From: Oopsacas minuta
Lineage: Eukaryota; Animalia; Porifera
Direction of reading: 5' to 3'
Assembly: GCA_024704765.1 (NCBI GenBank)
Contig: JAKMXF010000015.1
Location: forward strand, 34,529 to 98,528
Length of the DNA: 64,000 bases
Below are positions 24,000-35,795 of this stretch, one piece after another. A model generated the notes under the pieces. That model made no database searches and was not told the origin of the DNA. It worked only from the letters and a program-made list of their open reading frames with translations. Position 1 is the stretch's first letter, and each line of letters opens with the position of its first letter. The translations under genes and the position numbers were made by a program.

Positions 24000-26519
24000 A
24001 TGAAGAAGATTAGCACAGGAGTGTTATTAGTTTTGCTGATATTATACTGGTATGGTCGTTTTGAAGTTGATTCTGTCGATTGCAGTAATGAAGCCGGATA
24101 CTGTACCTATCATATTTATAATTATAATATCTTTAGAATCAAATGTTATATAAATAACGATGAAATGCAATTGATTAAGCTTTTGTTAAAGAATTGCAGC
24201 AGTATTGATGCAGAATATACAAATTTGTATGTGTATAAAAACTATGAATCCATAACGTATGGGAATCTAATCATTGATCTCGAATTGGCATCAAATATAA
24301 ATGCTTTATACATCTACAATATCAGAGATAAAGATCAATTCCGTTTAACTACATCAAGTCAAAATGGTGGCTTAACCAGACTGGAGTGTCATTATACTGT
24401 TCAACTAGAGTCGAGTGACTTTTTCGATTACTTCACAGGTCTCCGTCGTATAGAGACGTTCGAAACGAGTTTGATGATATCAGTAGAGGTACCGTCTTTC
24501 ACAAATCTACAATCCCTTTACTTCCTTAAAGCTAGGTTAGTAGGTCTAGGTTTAGTAACACATACATTTGATAACAAAATCATTAGCGGCTTATCAAACT
24601 TGAGGGTTGTAGACTTAAGTTACTCTTATTTCAATAGCATAACTGAGCGAGCATTTGATAACGTGACTAAATTAACATTTTTGAGTTTTCACTTCAATAA
24701 AATATCCATTGTGGCTGAAGGAGCATTTAGTCAACTGACAAGGCTTAGATCTCTTACCTTATCGTATAATGGAATAAAAACAGTATCAAAGAACATTTTC
24801 AATGCTTCAACCGGTTTGACATTTTTAAAGTTAGGCGGAAATCCTGGTTTTCCTATCCAATCACTCTTAAACACAAGATCTCTCGTGTCTCTACACTTAC
24901 AGAATAATAAATATCGAACCCTCGATCCATACATATTCCAATTAATGAAGTCCTTGACTATTCTAAGTATTAAAGATCCATTCATTTGTGACTGTAAGCT
25001 AAGGTGGATGTCAGTTGTTAGCCAATATAGAATATCTATCAATATTGATGCATTGTGCACAGAACCTATCGAATTCTTACAAAAGTCAATAACCGATCCA
25101 AAGCTGTACACAAATTGCACTCAAACAGAATCATACCAATGCTTTGATAAGTCAATTACTTGTCCAAGTAGTCAAATATGCCTCAACTCAGAGGATAGTT
25201 ATTTTTGCAGTTGTCCCATTGGTTATTCACAGCTCAGTTCTGGTGTGTGTTTAGATGAGGACGAATGTGCTCAGGGAACTGATTGTCAACATTATTGTGT
25301 GAATACAGAAGGTTCATACTATTGTGCATGTGAAGAAGGATACAGGCTGACTAGTAATGGATATAATTGTGATGACATAAATGAGTGTCAAGAATGGATT
25401 GATGGTTGTGAATTCGGCTGTGGAAATATCATAGGTTCATATCAGTGTTATTGTGAGGTGGGACACCAGTTACATAACAAAACTCATTGTGAAAGTGAGA
25501 TACGATGCGACATATTAGATATCGGTGGATACCAAGATAATATTTTCACTTGTCAAGAGGGATTTAACCTCACAATCACTAATCTCACCTGTCTAGATAT
25601 CACAGCGGCAACATCAACAACACTAGCAACTACAACAACTGCAACAAATATGGACATAAATACAGGAACTGCGACAACAACTAACTGTCCCAATGGCTAT
25701 TCACTACATAGTTCAAATCAATGCATAGATATAGATGAATGTGCTCAAGAAACAAATTGTCAATATTCGTGTGAAAATACAGATGGTTCATACTATTGTG
25801 CATGTACAGAAGGTTATGAGATAGCGACAAATGGATATGATTGTATTGACGTGAATGAATGTCAGGAAGGGAATGGCAGATGTGAATATGGCTGCAGAAA
25901 CACTATAGGTTCATATCAGTGTTATTGTGAAGATGGACACTTATTGTATAACAAAACCCAATGTGAGGAAGGAATAACGTGCGAATTGGTTGAAAACAGT
26001 TGCATTAATGACATGGAAAATACTTATAAGTGTAAAGGGGGGTTTGACATTTTTCTCTTCAATTTTTCTTGTTCAAACGGAAATTCACAAGTGAAAATTC
26101 CACCAAATGAGACAACACTTCAACCTAGAGAATCTACAACTCCATTGAAATCGAGCACTCTGTCAACATTCAAAAACTCTGGATGGACCATACCAACAAT
26201 AGTTTTAGTGTTTATTTCTTTAGCCTTAAACTTCTTTCTAATATTCGTGATAATTACCTTATCTATTTACCTCATAAGAAGGATACACATAGTGCAATAT
26301 TCCCGAAAAAGTGAAGGCACAAAAGAACAAATTCAGCAAAATTTCTATAACGATGAATCGCTGTATTCTCCAATTGTCAAATTGGAAAATACAGATAATT
26401 TGGAAGAATCTCCAGCTTCTGAAACTGAGTCAAAGCTGAAGAAAATTTCTAACTACATGGTATCTCAATCTTATCCTGGAAGAATGCAAGACGAAACTTC
26501 AGGATACATGAGCATGTAA
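24000..26519 (+). CDS. Intronless type I membrane protein: signal peptide, LRRs with LRRCT, two blocks of Ca-binding EGF repeats, TM, ~80-aa tail (839 aa)
   Basis: LxxLxLxxNxI repeats, PFICDCKLRW LRRCT, DxDEC/DxNEC EGF repeats, TM IPTIVLVFISLALNFFLIFVIITLSIYLI; single uninterrupted ORF. Confidence 0.9.
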   Translation: MKKISTGVLLVLLILYWYGRFEVDSVDCSNEAGYCTYHIYNYNIFRIKCYINNDEMQLIKLLLKNCSSIDAEYTNLYVYKNYESITYGNLIIDLELASNINALYIYNIRDKDQFRLTTSSQNGGLTRLECHYTVQLESSDFFDYFTGLRRIETFETSLMISVEVPSFTNLQSLYFLKARLVGLGLVTHTFDNKIISGLSNLRVVDLSYSYFNSITERAFDNVTKLTFLSFHFNKISIVAEGAFSQLTRLRSLTLSYNGIKTVSKNIFNASTGLTFLKLGGNPGFPIQSLLNTRSLVSLHLQNNKYRTLDPYIFQLMKSLTILSIKDPFICDCKLRWMSVVSQYRISINIDALCTEPIEFLQKSITDPKLYTNCTQTESYQCFDKSITCPSSQICLNSEDSYFCSCPIGYSQLSSGVCLDEDECAQGTDCQHYCVNTEGSYYCACEEGYRLTSNGYNCDDINECQEWIDGCEFGCGNIIGSYQCYCEVGHQLHNKTHCESEIRCDILDIGGYQDNIFTCQEGFNLTITNLTCLDITAATSTTLATTTTATNMDINTGTATTTNCPNGYSLHSSNQCIDIDECAQETNCQYSCENTDGSYYCACTEGYEIATNGYDCIDVNECQEGNGRCEYGCRNTIGSYQCYCEDGHLLYNKTQCEEGITCELVENSCINDMENTYKCKGGFDIFLFNFSCSNGNSQVKIPPNETTLQPRESTTPLKSSTLSTFKNSGWTIPTIVLVFISLALNFFLIFVIITLSIYLIRRIHIVQYSRKSEGTKEQIQQNFYNDESLYSPIVKLENTDNLEESPASETESKLKKISNYMVSQSYPGRMQDETSGYMSM

Positions 26520-27280
26520 TAACCTTCATAAGCTTATCAGTGAATTTACTACAGATCAAACTATATTAGGGTTTGACTATAGGTTTGCCCTTTAGTGTGT
26601 AATAATCAGATCTTGCTTGTAATGTTACTTTAATAGTATATTGTATGTTATAGGCCAGTGGTTCTTAACCATTTTTTCAATATTTCCCTTTGTATTAAAC
26701 AATTATGAAATTTCCTTGCTAATCGTATAAAATACCAGTGGTGAAAAGTATTATATTACTATAGATAATCCGCTAACCGAGAACAAGGAAATATTTTCAT
26801 GATTGCATCGAATTGCATACAAATGAACCTCGCTAATCGGTGAATCCCAGATAATTAAAGGAGTGGGACTTGGAGTGCGCTCCATTTATGATTCACGAAC
26901 TCAAGGCGTCCGTCTACAATTTGTAGGAGCGGAGCATCGCAATTGTAGACTTTTCTCAAGGTATTACATACTTTCCACTTCTACCATCCGTATGCATAAT
27001 ACTACTTGCTACATGCTGGAAATTTTACAATTTTAATCATTTGGAAAGTATAGAATCATAGAATAGTAGACATATTTCAAAAACTGTAAGTGTGGGTTAG
27101 GACAAAGTGAGGGAGCTAATTTCTTGTGTTTTACATGTTAGTATACATTAATAGTAGAAATAATGGAGGACTTAATTCAAGCATCGGTCCCCCTTGGCTA
27201 CGGGCTTGATCAGGCAATATTAAATAATACACAAAGTGATTTGCTCCCACTACTCTTTATAGTTCTTCCGTGCCCTACCT

Positions 27281-27641
27281 CATACCTGCCAACATTTATC
27301 ACATAAATCCCCAAATTTCCCCTGGACTTCAGAAAATTTTCTATTCAATTCCTCTCAACATATACTCATCTATTACCTGACATATTTCGTATGTGAACTA
27401 TTTTTCTCTCAATTTAATCAACGAAAAATACTTGTGTATATCATCCAACTATTTAATACTTTGAAATTGCTTGTCCACCAGTGAATCCCTGGACTCTTAT
27501 AATTATGGTATTCTACCAAATGCGAAGTAGAACTGATTATATAATGAATAATTGTTATTTTATGATCCTGAATTACAGTATCCTTGCTCCAAGTAAATCT
27601 CTGGCCATTTTGACCCAATCCCTGAACGGTTGGCAGGTATG
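27281..27641. mobile_element. CATAC-TIR non-autonomous DNA element
   Basis: catacctgccaac / gttggcaggtatg ends; exact 6-bp flanking direct repeat ctacct (27275-27280 and 27642-27647). Confidence 0.7.
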
Positions 27642-27705
27642 CTACCTAATTGTCTTCCAAATCTGTGGGCAAGTACAGAGGTCACTCGGTTAACCACGCG
27701 TAGTA

Positions 27706-27875
27706 CATACTTGCCAACCATCCAGGGATTTGATCTATGATCCAGTAAACAAATTGCTAGATCCAGGGAAATTTTAGGATATTCCAGCATTTTATCATAA
27801 AAGAGGGAAAATCGTATTATTTGAATAGAAAATTGGAAACCCAGGAAACAGAGTTACATGAGGTTGGTAAGTATG
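27706..27875. mobile_element. CATAC-TIR MITE, second local copy
   Basis: catacttgccaacc / ggttggtaagtatg ends; no clean TSD. Confidence 0.6.
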
Positions 27876-28250
27876 GTAAAACCATCACTGTATTAAAATT
27901 CTATGGTACTCGAATACTCGTGGATGATTAACAATGAGAATTATAACGTGGAGAAAAAAGCACAAACTACTAACCAGTCAAAACTTATAAATTCGGAACT
28001 ACGTGTCCCGTTCAGGGATTTACTAGCTACGGTTTTTACCTGGTACTTGCGACCTTTAGTGCAGCTCCTATTGGGAGATGCACCTGTGGCCATAGACGAT
28101 GGACGACGTCCGTACGTCAGTCTGCGCTGCATGGCGAAATCTAGCAGTCCGATTAACATGCAAATTGGCATACATATAGATTTGGAGTCGGAGAATTGCA
28201 CCTGGGGTTTGAATTTTTTAAAGTGAATATTTCACACCTTTTTGGTGATT

Positions 28251-28510
28251 AATATTGTAGTATCTGAGGTAATACAATGTTTCTTGGATAACCAGAGCGT
28301 ATTAAGAAGGAATTAATCAGGCTACTTAGTGTGATTATGAGAGTTAAAATTATTTCTCCTCCCAATAGAGAGTACAGTACATGGATTGGAGGATCTATTC
28401 TACCTTCTATGAATGATTTCCATAACATATGTATATCTAGAGCTGAATATGATGAATACGGAGCTTGTGTTGGTATAGAAATTTATCCTTTGATATTTGA
28501 TATTTGTTAA
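28251..28510 (+). pseudogene. Actin-family C-terminal fragment (divergent actin or ARP pseudogene)
   Basis: NIVVS-GNTMFLG*PERIKKEL...VKIISPPNREYSTWIGGSILPSM...ISRAEYDEYG matches the actin C-terminus; one frameshift, one stop, no upstream actin sequence seen. Confidence 0.85.
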
Positions 28511-28919
28511 ATAAACTCTTAGAGTATAAATAGATCAAATTTTCAGTAGAGATATTACTCATAAGAATTTTCTAACTAGCAACCGCATGATTCACTTTTT
28601 GCTATATAGGTTGCTATAGGATTCATCCCCACTTGAGCGAATCCCATCTATGCTAATACAGATCACAATCTGTAAAGTTACAAGGCATTACTCGAATCAT
28701 AGGCGCAAAGTTATGGTACCTGGGGGTGTGGATCCCCCAGGTTTGGACGCGGGGATTTATGTGAAATTTATACTAGAGGTAGCAGCAATGAATTTATCCT
28801 TACTAATAGACTTTTCACCCACTAGACTAATTGTAGTATAACTTGTACCGAATTGCCCGTATCCCGTTTAGTATTGTATTAGTTACTTATTATTCTATTC
28901 CTCTAATATTTAGAGTCCA

Positions 28920-29432
28920 ATGTCTGATATTGCCTGTTTATCAAAAGGAAGTTATGTTACATTTAGAAATGAATTGAGTGGTATAATAGAAGATGGTGCT
29001 TGGATAGCGGGAGCTCTATTCGACCTAAAACCTTTTGTGTCAATTGAAGATTATTATACCAAACTATGCGATTTTCTAAGTCAACTGTCTGTAATTGCGC
29101 AAGTTGGAATAATACGATGTTATCCTCAGTTAATTAGCACAGATAAAACTACACTATCTAAAGAGTCGACAGATGAACATGAAATGCGTTTCAAAAATAT
29201 TTCCACTTCCAGTACACTAACTATACGCGAACTGAATAGTCAGTATATTGAGAAATTTCAGTTCCCTTTCATCAGTTGTGTAAAGGAAAATTCAGTTGAG
29301 AATATTCTAGAACTGATGCATGCTAGAATTGGTAATACTTATCAGGAAGAAGTGAAGATGAATATGCAACAAATTCAAAGAATTGCGTGGTATCGCTTGG
29401 TAGATAAATTCAAATTGGAAGCGAAATTGTAA
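28920..29432 (+). CDS. URAD: OHCU decarboxylase (urate degradation), 170 aa, C-terminal PTS1 AKL
   Basis: Family pattern: KPF, GIIRCYPQL, ES..EH, LNSQYIEKFQFPFI, RIAWYRL; ends in AKL*. Confidence 0.85.
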   Translation: MSDIACLSKGSYVTFRNELSGIIEDGAWIAGALFDLKPFVSIEDYYTKLCDFLSQLSVIAQVGIIRCYPQLISTDKTTLSKESTDEHEMRFKNISTSSTLTIRELNSQYIEKFQFPFISCVKENSVENILELMHARIGNTYQEEVKMNMQQIQRIAWYRLVDKFKLEAKL

Positions 29433-29616
29433 TATAATGATAAATAACTATACATGTTTACATATTATGAATATTTGTTTACTTTTGGGGACATAAAGTA
29501 ATCAGATTTAAAGATTATGGCATTATCATGTTTGCTACAGTTAAGATTATGAGTTTATGTATTCAAGGGTCGTAGGCCCGAGTGTGGACACGAAATGTTC
29601 GCAACCGCATACCGCG

Positions 29617-29636
29617 AGCAAGCGAAGCGCGCTCGT
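29617..29636 (+). mobile_element. Helitron-like 3' end motif copy
   Basis: agcaagcgaagcgcgctcgt, matching 8349-8368. Confidence 0.4.
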
Positions 29637-30768
29637 AAGATTTATATTCCAATCGAAAGAAAGTGAATGATTACCTCAGTTTGGCCTCTGTAAATTGTTT
29701 GTTTGCATATATACAGGTATATGTATTTAGCTATATTCTGATTACTTTTTTAGGAATCCTACAGACAAAATATTAATTAGAGATAATAGATTGAATACCA
29801 TAAGTAATAGCTTCATAATACTCAAAATAGAAAGCCATAGCTATATTTGTATTTGCATACAAACTATATTGTATCCAATGATATATATACATATGTATAA
29901 GTAATTCAATTCAATGATTATATAGATTTAGCATTTACAGCTTAGGCGTAGAGTTTAGGGGCAGGGGGGCTGGCACACACTGCAAAATTTCTAGAGGAGG
30001 CAGCCCCCCTGGAAAATTTTCTTGGGACCCCAGATACAAACATTACTCTGGTATCACTATGTACGTTTAATAAATATTGCTCTCAATAATAATGCAGAAT
30101 AGAGAATCAAATATTAGTATTAAATGTGTATTTGTGGTGCATCTATAAATATATAGTTGGGGGTATAACTATCCAACTGGGCAGTGGCGGCGTGTGGCCT
30201 TGAAATCTGGTAGGCAACAAGTTCTAGATTCGGGTCCATGGGCCCTGTAAACAATCAGTAAGGAGGAGCATAACCCATCGCAAGAAATAACGTTTGGTTT
30301 GCAATTGGCCCAGAAAGTTGAGATTTTTCTGGTCCCTTGGAGTAAAGGTGTGAGAGCTTGGAGAATATTGGGGAGGAATATCCCCGGTGATATTTGGGTG
30401 AGATTGCATAATATATGACGGTAATATGCGAGCGAAGCGAACCGAGATTTTACAGTTCAATTTGAGCCAAGGGGATACAGGCTTTCATTTAGACATGGAC
30501 TCAAGAGATGGCTAAATTTAGTTAAGCGGAATATCTGAGGGCGAGGAATGCCGAAGAGGTGGCGAATGAGATCCAAGGGATGGCGAGAGTCATCTCCCCC
30601 CATCCCCTAAATGAAACCATTGGGATATACCCCGAGGCACGAGATTTTGCCAGGGGGGCATTGTCCCCTATGCCCCCCCCCGTAGCGATGTCCCTGCCAC
30701 TCATTATCACGCATTTACCTACTTGTCGTATACTATTTACCCTCTGTCCCTATATTCTGTTAACAGCT

Positions 30769-33700
30769 ATGGAGATAGATAATGTTAATATAAAATCAAT
30801 TCCAGAGCAAGATACATCAGATGATACACCTTTCTTACCAATAAAATCCCATTCAAATCAGAATATTACCACATATAACACAATACATAGAAGTATTATA
30901 GTTAATATCTTAACTAAGATTAATTTTAATATCTATATATGGACAGCTGCTGTACTTGCTATTGCAGGTGGTATTCTGTTTGGATATGATTTGGGAATTA
31001 TTTCAGGAGCCATTTTACAACTGAGAAATGAATTCTGCTTTGGGATTGTTAAAAGTGAGGTGAGTTATTAATTATAAAAAGTAAGCTACGCTTCCTTGCG
31101 CAACGCCAAATTACAAAGAATGACAGCTGTACAATCAAACCTAAGTTGATTGGATAACAGACAAATGAATTTCATTACTATTTGCTTGCGCACTGATAAT
31201 CTGTATGCTGACTACCCTCGAATTTTACATAAACAACAACAAATATTAATCATATGATGCTAACAATATCATATTCGGACTCAGCAAACTCGATTACCCC
31301 TTTATAACCTTTAGAAGTATTCTAAGACCTTTTTGATTTTTTCGTATTATTTCCCCTATGTATATTCATAAATCAAACAAATATGAACTTTGTGAGGTGT
31401 TAATATTTTCATTAGATATTTAAAATGTTTCTAGAAACGTCATTTCCATCCCTCGTACCATCTCTTACCAGTTCCTCAATCAATTCGGACAAACAAATAA
31501 ATCATTGAGTTTTTGATATATAAAATACACTATCATCGTTATTCTGCACAAGTTTCAGTATTCTTGCTATAAAAGTGAATGCTGGGACATTTCATAATTC
31601 ACATTCACATAATCATTTCTTTAAATGGTTTGACGTTGTACATATAGCAATTTCCCGATGTACAATGGTTAAATTCAATTTTATTTATTTGAATACAAAT
31701 CAAATCAAAATCTGAAATAATGAAAAGGAGCGCGATTAGCGCTCCAATTATTCAGAAGCGGCAGCGGGAGTGCGCTTCTTTTGTGTATGGAGACGAGGTT
31801 GGAGCACCGCTCAATTTAAAGGCCAGGAGTGAGAGCGCGCCCCAAAGAATGAGTAGCCCCTAATGCACTGCCTATAGGATACTATTCTTAATGAGAATGG
31901 AGTTATATAACTCCATACTCCTGCATTTATTTTCATATAAATACTGAATAATTTGATTGTTAATTTCTTTAGATCGTAGTGAGTTCACTAGTAGCTGGAG
32001 CTATTATCGGATCTCTGACTGGTGGTATTCTCGTGGATTTCCTCGGCAGAAAAGTTTCCATTATATTAGACTCAGTGGTGTTCTGTGTAGGCGCTGTAAT
32101 ACTAATTTTCTCAGAGAGTTTCTGGTTGCTAGTTATAGGCAGGTTGATAATAGGCTATGGAGTATCTCTATCTGCAACAGCAGAATGTGTCTATGTGAGT
32201 GAAATTGCTCCTTCAAAGAAGAGAGGAATGCTAGTCTCTCTGAATGAGCTAGGAATATGTTTAGGAGTTCTACTAGCTTATACTGTAAGCTATTTATTCG
32301 TAGGTGAGTTATGTAATTATAGAATAATACGTTCTGTCCGTTTGATAAATTACTTTTGGAATAAGACAATGCACAGCAACGAATCTACAATTGTAGCTTC
32401 GGTACTTTTTGAATTTTGTTGAATTTAGGATCTAAAATTATCCATGGTCCATTTTATATCACCTTCCAGTCGCATACCAACCACTTCACATATCCAGAAG
32501 GGAGTTTCTGCATGCAATCGTTCTTAAATTTCCCCAAACTATTTCCAACCTCATGTCCCTCCTTGGATTAATTTGGACATAAAATTGTCTGATATCAAAT
32601 GTGGCGAACTATCCAAGCACAATGTAAACAAAATGTGTCGCATTTTCGACACCTTGTCTATTCCACTGATAACGAGCATTTAACTTCTGCAATTCTGACT
32701 ATTACTGTTTGTAGATAAATCAGAAGGATGGAGATACATGTTTGGTTTATGTATCATCCCTGCAGTAATACAAGGTGTAGGTACTCTATTCTTACCCAGA
32801 ACACCACGCTATCTCCTCTTAAGAAGTAGAGTTGAGCTAGCTCGTAGTACGCTACAGAAGATCAGAGGTAAAGATACTGATGTGAGTGGAGAGTTCAAAG
32901 AAATGAGAGCTGCTATACTTGAGGAGGAGAAATACAATTGGTAAGTACTAAATAGCTGTCCAGTACAGTAGAAATTGGATGCAGTGATATTTTAGTTCAT
33001 TCAGAGCTGCCCTCAAGCCCCCGTCACACATCTTATATATTAGTGCAGACACAATTGAATTGGTCTTATACGGTCTGTGACTCTAATTGCTAAATTATTC
33101 GTTCAGATTAGTGAAATGCATTGAAACATTACTGAAGTATCTTGGAGTACGTTTTTCCAAAATTGTATAAACAATAAAAGACTCCAAATGTGTACTATAT
33201 TATGTATTTGTCAGCCGCAGAAATGAATACGATTATCTCTTTTTAGAACATTTTCCAAAGGTTGTACGTATCACCTTTAGCTACTGTTAGGATTGGCGAT
33301 TGTCTACTATATGAGAATATTATACTATATACAGCAGTATATATAGTAATATGAATATACGCTATAGTGTATTTCTTGGTCCAGACAATATTCTTATATG
33401 ATGTATCTACTGCACTTTATATGGTTGGAAAGCTCGCTTGTCAAAAGGTCAGGTGATTTACAGGAGCTAGGTTTTCTTCTCTGATAATCTTACCTTGCTA
33501 ATCCCATCACTTAATTAAATCGTAAATTGAATTGAATCACTTCCATAATACGGTTAACTAGTTTCGAGCATTTTATATCTTCAATGTAATAGGCTCTCGT
33601 CAAAATAAATACTGAGCAAAACTGGCAGTATATCCCTCCCTCCCTTAGTGTATTGATTATCTCAACTCTAAGTTGATTAATTGCGCCTGAAATTCACCTG

Positions 33701-34837
33701 ATTAACCTTGAGACCTGACCTGACCTGACCTGACCTGATCTGACTATATGAGACCTCTTAACAAGCCTGTTGAAAAGATTGCCCAACCTCGAGGAGCGAG
33801 ACATTTCAATTCAAAATATATTGCTTGATATAACTAGCGAGAGGTATCCTTTAGAACTCAGATATATCAAGACTTTTAGTAAATTTCCTAATTTATATTA
33901 TTATCATATAACTTATCCAGTAGGGCTTCCTCCCAGCGAATAGTCAAATTTTACTTATCCAGAGTACGCTTAAACTAATATTATGTGTAAATTGTGTATA
34001 GATAGAAGCTAAGCTCTAATACATATTTACTTGTCTAGGTGGGATTTGTTTCGTCTGAAGGACTGCATGCTACAACGCATGATAATTGGATGTATGGTAG
34101 TTCTATTCCAACAGCTGAGCGGACAGAATAGCCTACTCTACTACACACCTACTCTCCTTAAAGTGTTAGGGTTCCCTTCTAATCAAGCTGCTACACTGGC
34201 TACTATTGGTGTAGGAGCTAACAAGTTTCTATTTTCTATAATCACCTTCTTCACGATAGATAAGCTAGGCCGTCGTCCTCTGTTACTAATCGGTATTTCT
34301 CTACTGGCTGTGTCTATGTTGTTACTGGGTAGTCTATCTGTTGCTTTTGTAGATCCGTATTTAATTCTATCTAGTAATACTGTGCATTTATCTAACTGTG
34401 ATAATACAACTGTATTAACTCAATCAGAATACATACTGCCTAACAACTTAACATTATCTGTATCTGAACAAATACATTTCAGAATTACCAAATGGTTATC
34501 TCTGATTCTACTGATTGTGTATGTGGGAGCTTATGAGATTTGCTTCGGAAGCATAGGTTGGCTACTGTTGACTGAGCTGTTCCCTCCGTCAGTTAGAGGA
34601 CAAGCTGTATCTCTGTGTATCACTGTTAATTGGGTTATGAATTTTATCATAACAGTTTCCTTATTGAGTATTTACCATTTGTTACTAGGTTATATGTACA
34701 TTGTGTATGGAGTTTTCTGTGTAATAGGGTTGGTTTGTGTGTTCTTTATGGTCCCTGAGACTAAAGGTAGAAGTTTAGAGATGATATCAGATGGATTGAA
34801 GAATAGAAAGTTATGTACTTGTTTGAACAAATCGTAA
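30769..34837 (+). CDS. MFS sugar porter, SLC2A10/12 (GLUT10/12)-like, 4 exons, 548 aa
   Basis: Exons 30769-31059, 31973-32303, 32715-32940 and 34039-34837 join in frame (1647 nt) with GT-AG sites. Motifs FGYDLGIISGA, VYVSEIAP, LFQQLSGQ, IDKLGRRPLLL, VPETKGRSLE. Confidence 0.9.
33712..33745. repeat. (GACCT)n microsatellite, ~7 units, intronic
   Basis: gacctgacctgacctgacctgacctgatctgact. Confidence 0.9.
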
Positions 34838-35017
34838 TTATTCTCGTAGAATTTATCTAATATTGTGTGCAACAGACACTTCGCTACATTAACACTTCAC
34901 TAAAATACACACCCTTGTCTTGCTGTGTTGCTATTTGAATTCTAATTTAACCTTTCAGAATGTTGTATAACTATTTATGTATTTATTCTGTTTATCAAGA
35001 AAGCAAATACCACGATC

Positions 35018-35675
35018 TAGTGCCGTCTTTAGATAGGTGTTCGTGCTTAGTAGGCCCTGGCACCAATAAATATTAGGCAACTTTCACCCCTCAAAATTCC
35101 AAATATAGAAATTGACTTTATTTGGAAAGGTTTTACTGTTACAACGAATCAGATTGGAATTTGCGAGCTTTATCTCCTGCAAAGTCCTCTATCAAATCAT
35201 CAAATCAATGCTATCTTGTATTTCATATTCAATATTTCATGAGGCTAGCGTGGGGAGGTGTTGGATTTTGTCCTAAAAACACTGGATTTGTCGTAAATAT
35301 GAGTCACTGGACTTTAATAAATATGTACTTAAGGGACGCGGATTAGTAGATATACCAGCTTGAATGGTTGGATTTGTATATTTATATTCACTATTAGGAT
35401 AGTTTGAATACTTTTCCCTTTGATTATTGTCTATCTTTTTCCCGAACTATTTTCCAACTTATTGGTGGTTGTTGGCGGTTTTATTTTAACCCAAATATTT
35501 ATAGTACATTTTATGAGAAAATCCAGCATAAGAGTTTTAGGACAAATTCTCGCTATCCCTTAGCGCGTTATCGTGTACAAAAAGCGACAATTCTTCTCAT
35601 CAGAAAAAAGTAGGCCCCCCCTAGTGGTAGGCTCTGGACAAGTGCCCAGTTTGCCCATTGATGAATACGGCACTG
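35018..35675. mobile_element. Probable non-autonomous DNA element with (C/T)AGTGCCGT ends
   Basis: tagtgccgtc left and tacggcactg right; the same terminus family occurs at 60890. No TSD found. Confidence 0.45.
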
Positions 35676-35795
35676 CCTGCAACCGCCGCTGATAATATTC
35701 CCATATGTATATATTCCGGGAATTAATTATTGCACTTGCAATAACAATATTTACCAATTTTAACAAAACTCTTATTTATTTTTGCAATGTGTTAG

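Noticed and set aside
24731-25120. 129-aa minus ORF
   Set aside because: Antisense shadow of the LRR-EGF CDS; the same applies to 1931-2215, 12600-12881, 18877-19098, 45184-45405 and 48565-48762.
27903-28226. Overlapping ORFs on both strands upstream of the actin fragment
   Set aside because: No actin or other motif; probably due to locally higher GC.
29940-30768. ORFs 30224-30460 and 30522-30710 and the N-terminal extension of 30559-31071
   Set aside because: They lie in GC-rich TE fragments; the transporter similarity starts at ATG 30769. Element boundaries could not be fixed (no TSD).
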